From Octopus sinensis (lineage: Eukaryota): a stretch of DNA of 64,000 bases. A program made the position numbers and the translations under genes. The notes beneath the pieces were generated by a model. It searched no databases. It was given only the letters and a program-made list of their open reading frames with translations, and was not told the DNA's origin. The stretch is taken from NCBI RefSeq assembly GCF_006345805.1, contig NC_043001.1, positions 69,750,001-69,814,000 on the forward strand, given 5' to 3'. Shown in pieces: positions 27,385 through 41,400 of the stretch; positions within the stretch are counted from its first letter, which is position 1; every line of letters starts with the position of its first letter.

Positions 27385-27875
27385 TGTGTCTGTCTGTCTG
27401 TCTGTCTATGTATGTATGCATGTGTGTAGGCATCTATACGCGTGTGTGTATATATTTGCAAATAAATTTAAGAAATATACGCTTCAAGAAGGAAATGATT
27501 AAGAAACCGAAATAAATTGAATATTTAACAGTAATCATTATTAAAATTATAAAACAGACTAGAATAATATTATAAAGATCAGAGTATATTTATTATAGGT
27601 TAGAATACAAAAATTAGAAATAAATAACTTTTATATAAAAAATGGAAATGAGTATACAAATACACAGACAAACACACACACATACTCACACACACATACA
27701 AACAAACACACATATACATATTCATATATATATATATATAAATTTGCATACATATGTGTGTGATACTAGACAGACAACGAAGAATGGAATATATATAAAT
27801 TAAAAAGAAATGTAAAAATGCAAATGTAAAATATTTAAATACGTAAAAAAAATATTTCAGTCTTACACTAAGTTG

Positions 27876-27929
<54 letters not shown>

Positions 27930-27979
27930 TATATATATATAAATGAAAGAATGGAGTTGAACGACGATTTAACAAAATT

Positions 27980-28074
27980 CCTTTATTCTCGACATATGTT
28001 TCGAAGACTGCATATTTCTAATTTCGAAGGAATAAGGGGTGCATTATGCCGCCTTCTCATCAGGAAAGACAAGG
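27980..28074 (-). ncRNA. Type I hammerhead ribozyme motif in a solo Penelope-like terminal fragment
   Basis: Minus strand reads ctttc CTGATGA gaaggcggcata-(loop)-tatgcagtcttc GAAA CATATG TC gaga. The cores are intact, stem II pairs at 11 of 12 positions, stem III is the palindrome ACATATGT, and the site is GUC. It is homologous to 37800-37921. Confidence 0.8.
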
Positions 28075-28206
28075 AACTTAAGTCAGCATCATGTCAGCAT
28101 CATGATGAACAAAAACTTATATAATTAGGGTTCAGCAAAAAATGTGCTTTGCCACATACCGAACTTTTGTGTGTATCTGCATGCATCTCTCTCTATCTTT
28201 CTCTTC

Positions 28207-28240
<34 letters not shown>

Positions 28241-28390
28241 ATGTGTGTGTATGTGTGTGCGTATGTGTGTGTGTGTGTGTGCGTGTGTCCTTGTTTGTGC
28301 ATGTGTGTATATAGTATACACTGACACGCAATTATATATACTGTGAAGGTTTTGTTTGTGCAGACGGGGTTATCAGTTATGGTGTGTCTG

Positions 28391-28436
<46 letters not shown>

Positions 28437-28769
28437 GCATATATACATATATAAGTGTGTGTGTATCAATTTTCCAGAGGAGCGTATATGTGATTGATCA
28501 GAGTCACGTACATATATATACCTTCTTTAAATGACACACTATAATGATGTTAGAACCGACGATATTTATGTTTAAATAACATCTAAGGAAGCGGAGTTTA
28601 CTTTTCTAACTGACCCCTAACATAATATTAGCTCTCATCCTTGGAGGCATTCTGTCTTTCCTTTTGTTCTTGGGGTCCTCACGAAGTATTTACGTGCTAA
28701 GAAATACCTAAAACATTTCCATATATCCACTGTTCAACTTTGTGTAGCCCTGTAACTACATTCTTTTCT

Positions 28770-28958
28770 ACTCACGGCGCAACGCCCTAAAGTTTGGGAT
28801 AGTGGCAAAGTCGATTAGATTGGCCCCCAGTACGCAACTGATTCTTAACTTATCGACAATGAAAAGATGAAAGGCAAAGTTGACCTCAGTCGAATTTGAA
28901 ATCAGATCGTAAAGACAGACGAAATACTCCTAAGCGTTTCTGCTACCTCGCCGCCTTC
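28770..28958 (-). mobile_element. SINE family B
   Basis: Contains GATGAAAGGCAAAGTTGACCTC..GAATTTGAAATCAGA.CGTAAAGACAGACGAAATAC. Confidence 0.8.
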
Positions 28959-29891
28959 TCTGTAGCTATATTGTTGAAGGGACCCTGAGCATTCACACGT
29001 TACTCGCACAAAACAAAACGTTCCAGAAAGAGGAAATATTTTGCCTTATTCACGCATGTCCTTCATTTCGTTACATATGCCAATATATAAATAGAGCCAC
29101 ATATGCCAGGGACGTCAAATACACTTCTCATTCTTTATGTTAATGACATTTTGCTCTTAGGCATAGCTATACCTAATACCTACGTTAGTTGCACCACAGG
29201 CAGGATGAGAGCCTTACACGGGCGCTATACTGTGAATACCAAAAATACATACACTTCAATAAGGATAAGAAAAAAAATAGGTCCCTTTGCAACCTGTTCT
29301 TTTGATAAATGGAAGATCTAAAACAAAATTATTTAAAATGTAGATGAGACCGTTTACAGAAATTATTCAATTAGTAATTATACAAATTGGAATATGACTG
29401 TTAATACTGTAGGCTGTTCGACAGCTAATAATAATTGATTTTAATATTTGGAAAATGCTCAAGTTTCAAATCACAACAAAAGATATAATGAAAGTTCTCT
29501 TAGGGCAAATTCTTAAAACAAATAATGAACATATCGTAATGTCTACGATGCTTACTGAAGAATTATTTAGTGCGTAAAATATTGTTAATTAATATTAAGG
29601 TAGTATTGCTTTCAGGCTAAATTATAAATGAGCAGTACGCTTATTTCGTTCATTCATTAATGAATAAACTGTATACAAAACAGAAGAGATAATGCCAAAT
29701 CACAGATTAAAATAACAATTGTCATTTCCAGAAATAATTTGGCAACACTGTGAGGTACCACCAGTGCACTTCTTCAAGTACGTTATGACGTCTCTGGTTC
29801 TACTGACGTGTGATGACCCCATGTCATCAAGCATTATCATGAAGCAAGCACGCAAATATAGACTGCATAGATATATAATGGTATAAACAGG

Positions 29892-30062
<171 letters not shown>

Positions 30063-30314
30063 ATGCTGAGAAAGTGAGACAGTGAGAAAGGAATATAAGC
30101 AACAACTCATTACCCGGATAGCTCAATTCTGAAAATACAACTTTATATACGTAGCAGTTATTCCAGTTGGTTTACATAAAGAAAACATGATGTAGAATAT
30201 AAAGAAATATAAATGGAGAACCTTAGGTAGTTGTATGAATATACAACTCGTATACACATGAATATGCCAGCAATGACTGTGCATCAGGTTACCGACATCC
30301 GGCTATTCTTATCC

Positions 30315-30507
30315 TTACTTCAGTCATTAGACTGGGGCGATGCTGTTGCACCGCCTTGAAGAATTTTAGTCAAATGAATCGATTCGATAACGTTTTTTTT
30401 TTCTATCGTTATTTTTAAACATAATCATGTTGACCGAACCGCTAAATTATAGAAACGTAAACACACGAACAACGATTATCAAGGAGCGATGTGGGACAAA
30501 CACGCCC

Positions 30508-30558
<51 letters not shown>

Positions 30559-30728
30559 CACACACACCGGACCTTCTTACAGTTTTCGTCCACCAAATCC
30601 ACTCAAATATTTTGATCACCCTCAGGCTATAGTAGCAGACATTTGCCCTAGGTTCCACGCAATGGGACTGAACCCGCTGGAGCTGTATGATTGTGAAGCG
30701 AGCTTCTTACGATACAGCCACTCCTATG

Positions 30729-30730
<2 letters not shown>
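30315..30730 (-). mobile_element. SINE family A, diverged near-full copy
   Basis: Contains TTCAGTCATTAGACTG, GAACCGCTAA and GGCTATAGTAGCAGACATTTGCCCTAGG...GGGACTGAACCC. Confidence 0.8.
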
Positions 30731-30798
<68 letters not shown>

Positions 30799-33700
30799 CA
30801 TGCACACCTGTATACATATAATCATATACATAGGCATATATAGATATGTACAGACATATGTATAGAAATGTAAGTAATATAAAATATATTAAAATATATC
30901 TTTCACATAGAACATTTTTACCTCGCAGAGAAAGCGATACATTTAGTAGACTGTGTATTATATAATATATGGAGAGTCATTGCTGAATTTCTTTCTCAGC
31001 TTTCTGGACATAGCTGTCGAGATGTATTACTTGTATTCTCGCAACGCTTATATGCCGTCAGCGCAGCATGTATGTAAATTTAGAGTAACCTTTGATCCCT
31101 CTGATATATTAAACTTACATACATGCATTTTCCTCGCATTAAACAAAATTCGTATTCTCTATTCTATATATCATCAATGGTGTAACTTTTTGCCTGAATT
31201 AAAATAAAGCAACTGAGGTATACATTCAAGGAGAAAACAGAAAGCCTAATTGATAATCTACGTTTAACAGGAAATCTGGGACAATAAATATCTGCGAGAA
31301 CATGATATCGTGAAAAGCGTGGCAAGCATTAAAAAAAAGCTCAATGTTAGGAAACACACACACACACAAACGCACACACACATTCACTTGAATATTACTT
31401 GATTGACCGCCAACTTCCTGATTACAAAAATGCTCTCAAATTCTAATAAGGTAACATATATACTTATGCACATACAAATATATATAAATACATGCTTACA
31501 TGTGCACATAGATGCATACGTGCATAAAAATTACATTCAGAAGTACGTACATAGATACAAATGTGCATATAATTAGGTTGTTGATAATTCTGACAGAAGT
31601 AATCGACTTAATCCCTTTGTCCTTCATTGTCCTCTCTATGTTTAACTCCGTGTGGGCAACAAAGAAATAAATATTCCAGTTTTCATAACGTATCATTTAT
31701 ATTTACTTCGAGAAAATAACGTTGCTACGTCAGTTCATGCTTTAAAACGTTCTTCCTTTCATGTTATGAAAGAAATATTCTTTAATGGAGTTTTGAAATT
31801 GCTAGTTTCGTAATAAAATTCAAAGGTAATTTGAGTGACTTTGTTACTCATCTAAAAAAGGGTGGGAAAGATTTCCTGTGTAACAACAGGATTTCTACGA
31901 TTAGTGAGGCTCACTAAAAATGCACCGTTCTTAAGCGATCATCACTATAAACAATAAATCTATAATAGGAGAAGGGAATATCTTAGAACCTTGATTGGCT
32001 GAGGAATTTATTGCACTAAATTAATCATGAGAAGATTTTAGCTCATAAAAATATGAAAATTTTAATAAAGAAATTGACAAAACTACGTGATATCATAAAT
32101 GAAATCACTTATAGTCACGTTACTTAGTAAAATATACCTTTATTACTGAGTTCTAAAAGTACACAAATCTTAAAAAACCCACATCACCAATTGTTCCCTT
32201 GTAAATAATGAGCAAATGAGCAACAAGATTCCAAAGCGAAAATTGAGTTATCCACATTTCCTTATTAAAAATTACCGTTGTCACATTCTTTCAAACTATA
32301 AAAGAAGACAATAAATATATCATCAAAAGGAGAGCGAAGTAATTCGCCGTAAATGCTTACTTGGTACTTGATATAGGGACGATCATGTGTTCATATACAA
32401 AAGACAAACGTACGTAATAAATATATATATGTGCGTGTGTATGTGTGTATAGATAGATAAAAACATGATGCCAAGGATTCAGCGGTACATATGTTTCGGG
32501 TACATATGTTTATAACAATGCATAATGTATGTCTGTGGCCTTCTTCAGCCGCGCACAACAGCTTCCACAAGGACATGTGTTACATCAAAAATTCTTGGTT
32601 GGGGATGCAAATCCTCTCATTCGCGTACGACATAATGCGGCAACAGCATAGAATTGAAGAGTCCATCTCTTTCTTCTCTCAATGTAGAATGAGGAAATTT
32701 GGATGTTGAAGTAATGTAAATAAATTAATAAATAAATACATATATAGACGTGAAGGAACCTGGTAATAAGAGTAAATAGGGGTAAAGATGGAGGGTCGAG
32801 AATTCAGGACGAAGGATAAAAAATATATAAAAAGTGTAAGTATAGAAAAATATAAAAATGTAGAGTATAAAGATATAAAGAGATATAAGGAGATATAAAG
32901 GGGATATAAAGAATATAAAAAAATATAAATGAATATAAAGGTATAAAGTTATAAAGTAAAAATAGAAATAGAAATAAAAGTAAAAAAATAAAAATAGGAA
33001 TAAAAATGATAAAAAATGTAAAAAAATAAAAGGATAAGGGATGTATAGTGGTTACGGATCAAACATGGTGGTCAGGAAAATGACAAAATTTAGTTGTAGA
33101 AGTTTTGGGTGTCAATAAATCAACAGGGGCGTCTGGGGACCTAGTGTATTGTAAATCAGAGCTGTTGAGCAGCTAATCTAGTTCCTTGAATTAAGTGGTC
33201 ATCTTGTACATACATACCAGCATGGATACATACACCCATATACACGCACACATATACGCGCGCATACACAGCTCCAAGCATATAAGCATACATACGTACT
33301 CACGTGTAAACATGTACAGAAACACATATACACCCACACACATGCGCATACATACATACAACAGAATATGCGTATATATACACGGACATTATACGTGTAC
33401 ATATATATATATAAATACATATATACACACACACGCACATACACATATACATATACACATACACATATGCATACATATATGCTCATGTATACCTATACAT
33501 ACATGCGCATATACACACACCCATATATACATACGTACGTCCATCCTTACATACACATACACAGATGCCCACACGTACAGGTTTAGATATAAGATACAGG
33601 TTTAGTATATAAGAACGCATGTAAAGAATCACGCACTCACGTCTACACGTGCACGCACACACGGCTGTGTGTCCATATGTGCGTGTACATATACACTTAC

Positions 33701-34019
33701 ATACACACACACAGACATACGCGCGTATAGGTATAGCTATAAGATATTAAAAGATGTATACAAATATGTGTAAACATATGCATATAAGAAATCTGCGAAA
33801 ACACGTAAAAAAATGTAAAAAAACATGTAAGAAATTTTAAAAAATTATTAAAGAAAATTATTAAAGAAAATTATTAAAGAAGAGTAACGGGATATGCACA
33901 TCCAGACGTAGATGTTTACTCGCACATATGTACACATATGTATACGTATACATACGTACACGGACGCACGTGTAATCATAAAGCGGATCCATAGATAAGT
34001 ACACTCATGATCATCACAT

Positions 34020-34236
34020 CGTGCATTCGATTCCCTGATCGGGCGGCTCGTTGTGTTCTTGATCAAAACAATTCATTTTATGTTACTCTACTCTACCCTT
34101 TTGATCAGCGGGGAACGTTGGCCTGGTCGCCCAGCCAGCGAAGTTGTGTCATTTGAAGGCTAAGACAATGCAAAAATGCATTGTGACCTGCGATATTTAA
34201 CAATATCTGATAACCTGGTCGGTCACGTGATCACGA
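34020..34236 (+). mobile_element. SINE family C2, diverged
   Basis: B-box-like TTCGATTCCC and the tail TTGGCCTGGTCGCCCAGCCAGCG...CCTGGTCGGTCACGTGATCAC are shared with 60357-60642 and 61812-61930. Confidence 0.75.
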
Positions 34237-34969
34237 GATATATGTGATATATATTTAAGTATATATAAATATATATGCATATAAAACACACACACACATA
34301 TATATATATAGATAGATAGATACATACATACATGTAATAAACATGTGTGCGTCTCTTTGAGTTTGTTATTATCCACGTATTCGCTTGACAGACGCGTTAG
34401 TTTGTTTATTTAACATTCGGCAAAAAAGACCGACCAAATAAATTCTAGATTTAAAAAACGAAAAAAAAATAATATTTACTGCAGTCGATTTGGTCAAGTA
34501 TCGCGGCAGGAACTTTGCCGTAACTTACTGTAATAAACTGTTGAAATCCATCTCTTTCTTTAGTTATCTTGACATAATGATTTTGACATATTCGCGTCGA
34601 ATAATTTCTGCTTCATATTTATTAAAAATTCATGATATTCATTCTGCAATGTTTGTTCACTATTCTATTATATTTAGTTTTTAAACATCAATCTGGCTAA
34701 GTAAATCAACGCTAATATCACGATGCGTTAAGATATGTAGCACATAATATCATATTTACATGCGCCCGCCTACCGGTTGTGAACAATGAATATACCATTA
34801 GTGATGCGAACAGGAACATAGATTTTAAAATATAAGTATGTATTTACTATTATTAATAATCGGCAGGAATTACTGTGGCGGGTGGACCGAAAGTTTTTGA
34901 TTAGTACCAATGCTGGAAACTTTCAGAACTTGGGTCACACCGTAACTTCTGCCGAGTATTAATAATCCC

Positions 34970-35140
34970 TTCAATTATTACATCGATCACAGTACATGAC
35001 AGATACTTATTTCAATGACCCAGAAAGAATCAAATGCAAAGTCTAGCTCGGAGTAATTTGAACTCAAAACGTAAAGACATATGAAAGGCCGCTAAGTATT
35101 TTCTCCGACATACTAACGATTCTGCCAGCTCGCCGACTTA
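34970..35140 (-). mobile_element. SINE family B, diverged
   Basis: Contains AATTTGAACTCAAAACGTAAAGAC...CTAACGATTCTGCCAGCTCGCC. Confidence 0.75.
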
Positions 35141-36588
35141 CTGCAAATTATTCATGACATTCTGCTGTTTTAGCTACGAAGATGACTGGGCTGATTCGAG
35201 ATTTTTTTCTTTTCTCTTATGAGTTCGGGTTCATTTAAAACTCAACCAGAAATAAATCTAATAATTATCGGGCTTTGATATCATTAGTAAACTTTCGGAA
35301 GAACTTATCTAGTTCATTCTTTTATCATCTTATATACAATTGGGATTTTAAAGATTTTCATGAATTTAAATATTCACTATTTTTCATGGTCTGCTGGAAA
35401 TGAGCAATTTCATTTAAACTACATTCCTTAATTAGAAGTGTTATGAAATTGTATCTGCTCCAGCACAATAGAAAAATTACATGGTTTTATAAGTTTTATA
35501 TATTAATGGTTTATATCTATTGCTGTTTTACTGTTTCTAAAATTTTGCGCTCTCCTTTATAACTCACTTGATATGGCAGCATAAGTTCATTTCGTAGTTT
35601 ACGAGGAACATATATACAAATTATTTCCCCAAACGATTTAAGACATTTGTTCTTTATCTTACGTTGATACTTCCATTCTGGAGAAATGGATATTAGCTTC
35701 ATTCGTATTTGACTCTTTGATGCATACAGTTTCCATTATTAATGCAAATTTGTTAAGTGTAGAGTAAAATGGTGTTTTGCGCCGGTTCACTTGCTGATGA
35801 CATTCCCGGTTGGTAAGGTGAGAATTCTGAGTACACGATATACTCAGGTTGAATCATCAAACATGCTCATCCTTGATGCCGAAAGCTATTAGATTTATGA
35901 AAATACATTCTGTGCAATTCGAAAATACTCTACTTTTTAAAAAACTCAGTAATTGATATATATTAAATATTTTGTTGATTATTTCTAAAAGAAATACAGA
36001 AAAACGTCCCAAATATTTCCCCAAAAGGAGGAAGCAACTTATCACATTTATATATTTTATATGTGAAGTAGTGGAACGTTGATCTATGTATCTTCTGTTT
36101 AATGCCTTTCTCATCAATCTTAATTCTGAAATTATTTTAGCGATTGGCACGCAAAATAGGTGTTCTTTAGAAATTAAATGAAGTAATTTGCTGGTCACAA
36201 TGTACGGCTATAGAATCAAAATGTTACAAGATTGACCATTTCATCTGCTATTATCTCTTGATGATTATGACAACAGAATTTATGGTTACTGCTAGGATAA
36301 TTTATGATACATCTACGATCATCCACACTGACATAGGTGACCAGAAGACTATAAAATTATTTTTTGTATATATATTATCATAAATGTGACCTAAATTTTA
36401 TCTTCGATTTAACATAGAAAGAAATGATTTCAGGAGAGGCTGTTTCTACACGATGTTATCGAAAACGAAACTGATAAGCAATGAAGCTGAAAAGTAGACA
36501 ATACTGAATATCGAAATCCAGACTGCCCGCATATACGAACATAACAACATAACAACATAAATCTCTACAACACTGAATCTTACGAAAT

Positions 36589-36974
36589 GGAATGGAAGCA
36601 CTCCATCGGTTACGACGACGAGGGTTCCGGTTGATCCGATCAACGGAACAGCCTGCTCGTGAAATTAACGTGTAAGTGGCTGAGCACTCCACAAACACGT
36701 GTACCCTTAACGTAGTTCTCGGGGATATTCAGCGTGACACAGAGTGACAAGGCCGGCCCTTTGAAATACAGGTACAACAGAAACAGGAAGTAAGAGTGAG
36801 AGAAAGTTTGGTGAAAGAGTACAGCAGGGATCACCACCATCCCCTGCCGGAGCCTCGTGGAACTTTTAGATGTTTCCGCTCAACAAACACTCACAACGCC
36901 CGGTCTGGGAATCGAAACCGCGATCCTATGACCGCGAGTCCGCTGCCCTAACCACTGGGCCATTGCGCCTCCAC
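36589..36974 (-). mobile_element. Full-length tRNA(Arg)-like SINE, family C1, young copy
   Basis: Head GGCGCAATGGCCCAGTGGTTAGGGCAGCGGACTCGCGGTC...GGTTTCGATTCCC has A and B boxes and TCG at the anticodon position. The 8-bp TSD TACGAAAT lies at 36581-36588 and 36975-36982. Confidence 0.9.
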
Positions 36975-37687
36975 TACGAAATATAGCATAACTAAATCCA
37001 TAACACAAGGCTGCCATTTTGCATTTCTGTGAAAACTATAGTTAGTATGGGACCTAATGACAAAAGAAGATTAACGAGAGGGAGAGAGGTGAGCAAAACG
37101 GTGTCAATAGATGGATGAGGGTCCGAGGAACAATTGCTGTCATAGCTAAAGAAATGTGATGGAAAAGAGACAACAAATCTGTGGGTCAGAGACTGGAGTG
37201 AGCTTTTAAGCGATTCCATGTGAATCACCTAGTCGAGTAACCCATCTCTGGATGTAATCTCAACTATTTGTGCCCTTAAGACTGGCACAATCACAGGTTA
37301 GGCAGCAGTATTACATTGTTTCAGAAGATAAAAGCATAATATATAAACCCTAATTATTTTAACATAAGTCTGTCCGACTTCTCTAGAACAATTGTTTAAA
37401 TTCAAGCCACGTAAATTTTGCATGATCACTTTTTATATACATTCGGCAATGGGGGTCTCTCTCTCTCTCCCTCTCTCTTTCTCTCTCTCACACACATACT
37501 CGCACACTCACACATACAGAAGTATATGTGTGTATTATATATGTATAAGTATATATACACAGATATACATGCATTATACACATACACACATGTATATATA
37601 CGTATATATATATATAATATATTATATATATATATATATATATTGTATATATATATATATATATATATTTGTATATATATATATATT

Positions 37688-37724
<37 letters not shown>

Positions 37725-37734
37725 ATATATATAT

Positions 37735-37779
<45 letters not shown>

Positions 37780-37838
37780 TGTGTGTATGTATAAGTAAAT
37801 AAATGGAGTTGAACGAAGATGTTATTAAAATTATTTTA

Positions 37839-37921
37839 CTTTCGACATATGTTACAGAGACAACATTGATTTTATTCCAAAGAAATAAACGGTGTAAAAT
37901 GCAATCTTCTCATCGGGAAAG
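37839..37921 (-). ncRNA. Decayed hammerhead motif in the PLE terminal repeat
   Basis: Reads ctttc CCGATGA ... GTAA CATATG TC gaaag. Stem I is perfect and stem III matches the 28-kb copy, but both cores carry a substitution. Confidence 0.6.
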
Positions 37922-38635
37922 AAAGAGAGCCTATCTCAACAAGTCATTATAACAATTATGATGACTGCCCAAATGTTAAACAGAACGTTATTAAATATTT
38001 GAAAAATCGTTAGTAGATTTGACGTCAAAGGCAGATACTAGGAAGAGAAGGGTTAAAGAAATAATAAGTAGAGAACTAATAAAGAGGGATACGTTGGTTG
38101 AAAAAATGTTCAAAGTCTTAGAAGTAGATTTTTCTATTGAAGTAAAGTGCAAGTTAAACTAACTGTTCAAACTATAAAGACTGGCGAAATCACTTATATG
38201 AGTTAAAGGTATGTTTCAGTCAGTGTTTACATTTGTAAGATCGCTCTATAAGTGTGTTAACAAGGTGATTCTTAGAGAAGAGAATATGGAAGAGTTTAGA
38301 GTTGCAAACGTTACAAAATCACTTGTCCTTATCGTAAGGAAAAGATACGGACAGGATGAACCAATCTAACTTAAAATCTTTATTGTTGTCTTTAAGATGC
38401 CAAATCAATTTACTTAGTCCTGTGCTATGGCGTTTTCTGCTATCCTTAAATGATGAATAATGATTTGAAATTCTCTTAGATAACTGGGAAGAGGAAGCGC
38501 CTATGTAGAAGTAGACAACGGTACCGCAAGAAATTTTACATTGGTATATAGAATTCTTGATCTTAGAATTATTAGACATAAATTTAATACTGTTGGGGTT
38601 GTCCTCAGAGATCAAAACCATGTTTTTATTGCTAT

Positions 38636-38643
38636 CATTATTA

Positions 38644-38726
<83 letters not shown>

Positions 38727-38737
38727 TATTATTATTA

Positions 38738-38819
<82 letters not shown>
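38636..38819. repeat. (ATT)n microsatellite inside the PLE RT-endonuclease linker
   Basis: Directly visible; it reads as poly-Asn in the GIY-YIG frame next to the nuclease. Confidence 0.95.
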
Positions 38820-39624
38820 GTGAGGGGTTGAAATTAACAAGATTAATGTTGGAACTCCCAGAAAATGAACTTTTATTTAGCAGATTGGTATTGTGAGAAG
38901 ATATAATTTGTGAAAGATTCTTTGTGTTGGAGAAGGCAACTATATGAGAGTTAATAATCGAATAATATCTAGAATTATTTGGAAAATAATTGCAAAGAAT
39001 TGCAAAGGAAGATTCGATTTAATTTGTTTTCCAAACGGAATTACAAACCATATATTTTCCTAGTGACATTTAAATTGTAAGTGGTATTATCTTTAAAGGA
39101 ATGTGAAAATTCTCTAGAGTGAAAATTTGAGCTTAAATAACGCTTGCCTATGTATGTATGTATGTATGTATGTATGTATGTATGTATGTATGTATATATG
39201 TATGTATGTATGTATGCATGTATGTATGTATGTATACATAGACACATAAACGACAAAAGAGATTGAGAGGAATGAGCGATACTTCCGGTAAGCTTTCCAG
39301 CTGCTAAAAGTGCTGCTGAATATTACCCAAGCAATCAGTTAGGAAAAATTGCTCATCGATGAACAGCATGGTTTACTACTACTGCTATCCAGTCTAATTC
39401 AAACTAATAACGAAAGAAAATTCCCTCTTCATACAATGCCATATTCATACACCCTAAAGAGAATACACTAATAATGCATAAAACGCTGCATATAAATATG
39501 CAACAATTTGCTATTAATACGATCGAAACACGTGTCGGACAATTATTATAAATATAGTAACTGTAAATAATATAAAATTTGAATGTTCAAATTCTTCATT
39601 CTCTTTATTATCTATATATATATA

Positions 39625-40600
39625 CAGTACCGTTCAAAAGTCTCCGGCCACTTTAATCTATTGTAAATTTCTACTAATTGCCAACTTTTAATTGGATGTT
39701 TCGCATTGCGTTTTTTACAGATGAAACTTTGTCTCTGTTGGGGTCATTTCCATACCTAATCATTATATTTTGTATTAGCGATTCCGAATGAGGAGGGATG
39801 ATGCGAGACAACCCCTAAAACTGGCTATGCAAAATTTTACAGCCACCTCACATAAACCAATAGAAAATATCTATGATGAAAATGTATTACATACTGTTCA
39901 TTTCAAGAAGTTGTACATTGTTCATATTTCGTGTGGCTTCCCTTAGCTTGAATAAGTGCTTCAGTGCGCCTGAGGAGAGATGCGTACAAATCTTTCACCA
40001 TCTTCACAAGTATGAGTTGCCATTCTCTGTGGCTTATCTCCCACAACTCTTCAAGATTGCCTGAATATTTCTGACGAACTCTTCTTTTTAGTTCTGTCCA
40101 CAGTTGCTCGGTGATATTGAATTCAGGGCTAGGAACTGACAAGTCTTTCAAGACAGTAACACCTTCATCAGCCAACACGTTACGTTGCATGGAGCTCCGT
40201 CATGCTGAAAAATCTTACCTTCATCCAAGTCTGGTATCAAATTATCCTTCACCAACTGGATGTAATTGGCATTAGTCAAGTTCAGTTTCATTCCGCTTCG
40301 TTATTTGTTGATTTACTTGAAATCTGAGATACGTTTGCCTTTAGAAAATTTCTGTACAGTGAACAGAGTAAAAGCTACTTCTTAATGCAGCCTTATAAAC
40401 CATGATATGGTGAATTTTCTTAAAAAAGCTGTCAATTCTATAATGTTCAAGATCGCTATCAGTTTCTCCTGTGAATGAGGCTACCTTCTCAATATTATTT
40501 AAACACAATCAAAATAGAACTTTCCATTATAACTACTTCTTCATGTAATGGCGACCAAATACACAAGTCACAATTTTACATTAAATTTCTCTCCATTTTC
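39625..40600 (-). mobile_element. Tc1-like (DD34E-type) transposon remnant, internally deleted
   Basis: A TA-CAGTACCGTTCAAAAGTCTCCGGCCAC terminus lies at 39625. The minus strand reads YIQLVKDNL..IFQHDGAPC / SPEFNITEQLWTELKRRV...LYASLLRRTEALIQAKGSHTKY. The other TIR was not found. Confidence 0.85.
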
Positions 40601-41214
40601 TAAACGTAACACGCACGAAAACCCATACACGCATACATACACACACAGGCACGCTGAAGCATGAATACTCATGCGCGCACGCACACACACATACGCACGC
40701 ACACATACATACACACGATTGTTACTTAACGAGCTATGTTAGGGTAATGGGGCCGTATTTTTATGTATCCTTTTGAATTAAAAAATATAGGCATGTGTAG
40801 TTACAAATACAGAATATATTTTATATGCTTTTCCCAAAAAACTGATGAATGCATATATATATATAGAGAGAGAGAGAGGAGGGGGATATATTTATATGTA
40901 TATATATATATATATATATGTATGTATCTGTGTCTACTTCGTTTCAATATATTTTTTGTTGTTGTTGCACATAAATTCTCCTCTCAATATATAGCTCGGT
41001 TTATTTCTCGCCCGATCACACTAAAACAAACATAAATAAATACTGTTTTATGTTAAGTGTTCATTAAACTAATGGCCATAGTTGAATACTTTAACTTTCT
41101 GTTTGTTTGTCGTAAATTGATACTATGTGATATCGCGCTTCATACGTACGTCTGTGAATGGAATATTTGTAATTTTTATAAATCACCTGAAGTTTTACAG
41201 TGATATACATTGAT

Positions 41215-41400
41215 CTCAAATTTTGGCCTAACGGAGGAGAGGAGCTAAGTCGATTATATCGATCCTAGCTCTCAATTTGTTCTTATTTTATTGACACCAA
41301 AAGCAAAGTTAACCTTGGCGGAATGTGACTTGAGAACGTAAAGATGGACGGAATGCATCTAAGCATTTTCTCCGCAGTTTCTGACTTATCTGCCAGATCA
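41215..41400 (-). mobile_element. SINE family B, diverged
   Basis: Contains AGTCGATTATATCGA, GCAAAGTTAACCTTGGCGGAAT and GAACGTAAAGATGGACGGAATGC. Confidence 0.7.

Larger units (their letters stand above)
37800..39150 (-). mobile_element. Penelope-like element 3' remnant: end of RT, GIY-YIG endonuclease, terminal repeat
   Basis: Minus strand reads NIWFVIPFGKQIKSN.../FPNNSRYYSIINSHIVAFSNTKNLSQIISSHN, then IYQCKISCGTVVYFYIGASSSQLSKRISNHYSSFK...STGLSKLIWHLK...W.IL, then *FCNVC...CKH. These are typical PLE thumb, GIY-YIG and C-terminal Cys/His motifs. A decayed hammerhead lies downstream. Confidence 0.88.

Noticed and set aside
36895-36974. tRNA-Arg gene
   Set aside because: The acceptor stem is not complementary, and the sequence continues into a SINE body bounded by a TSD.
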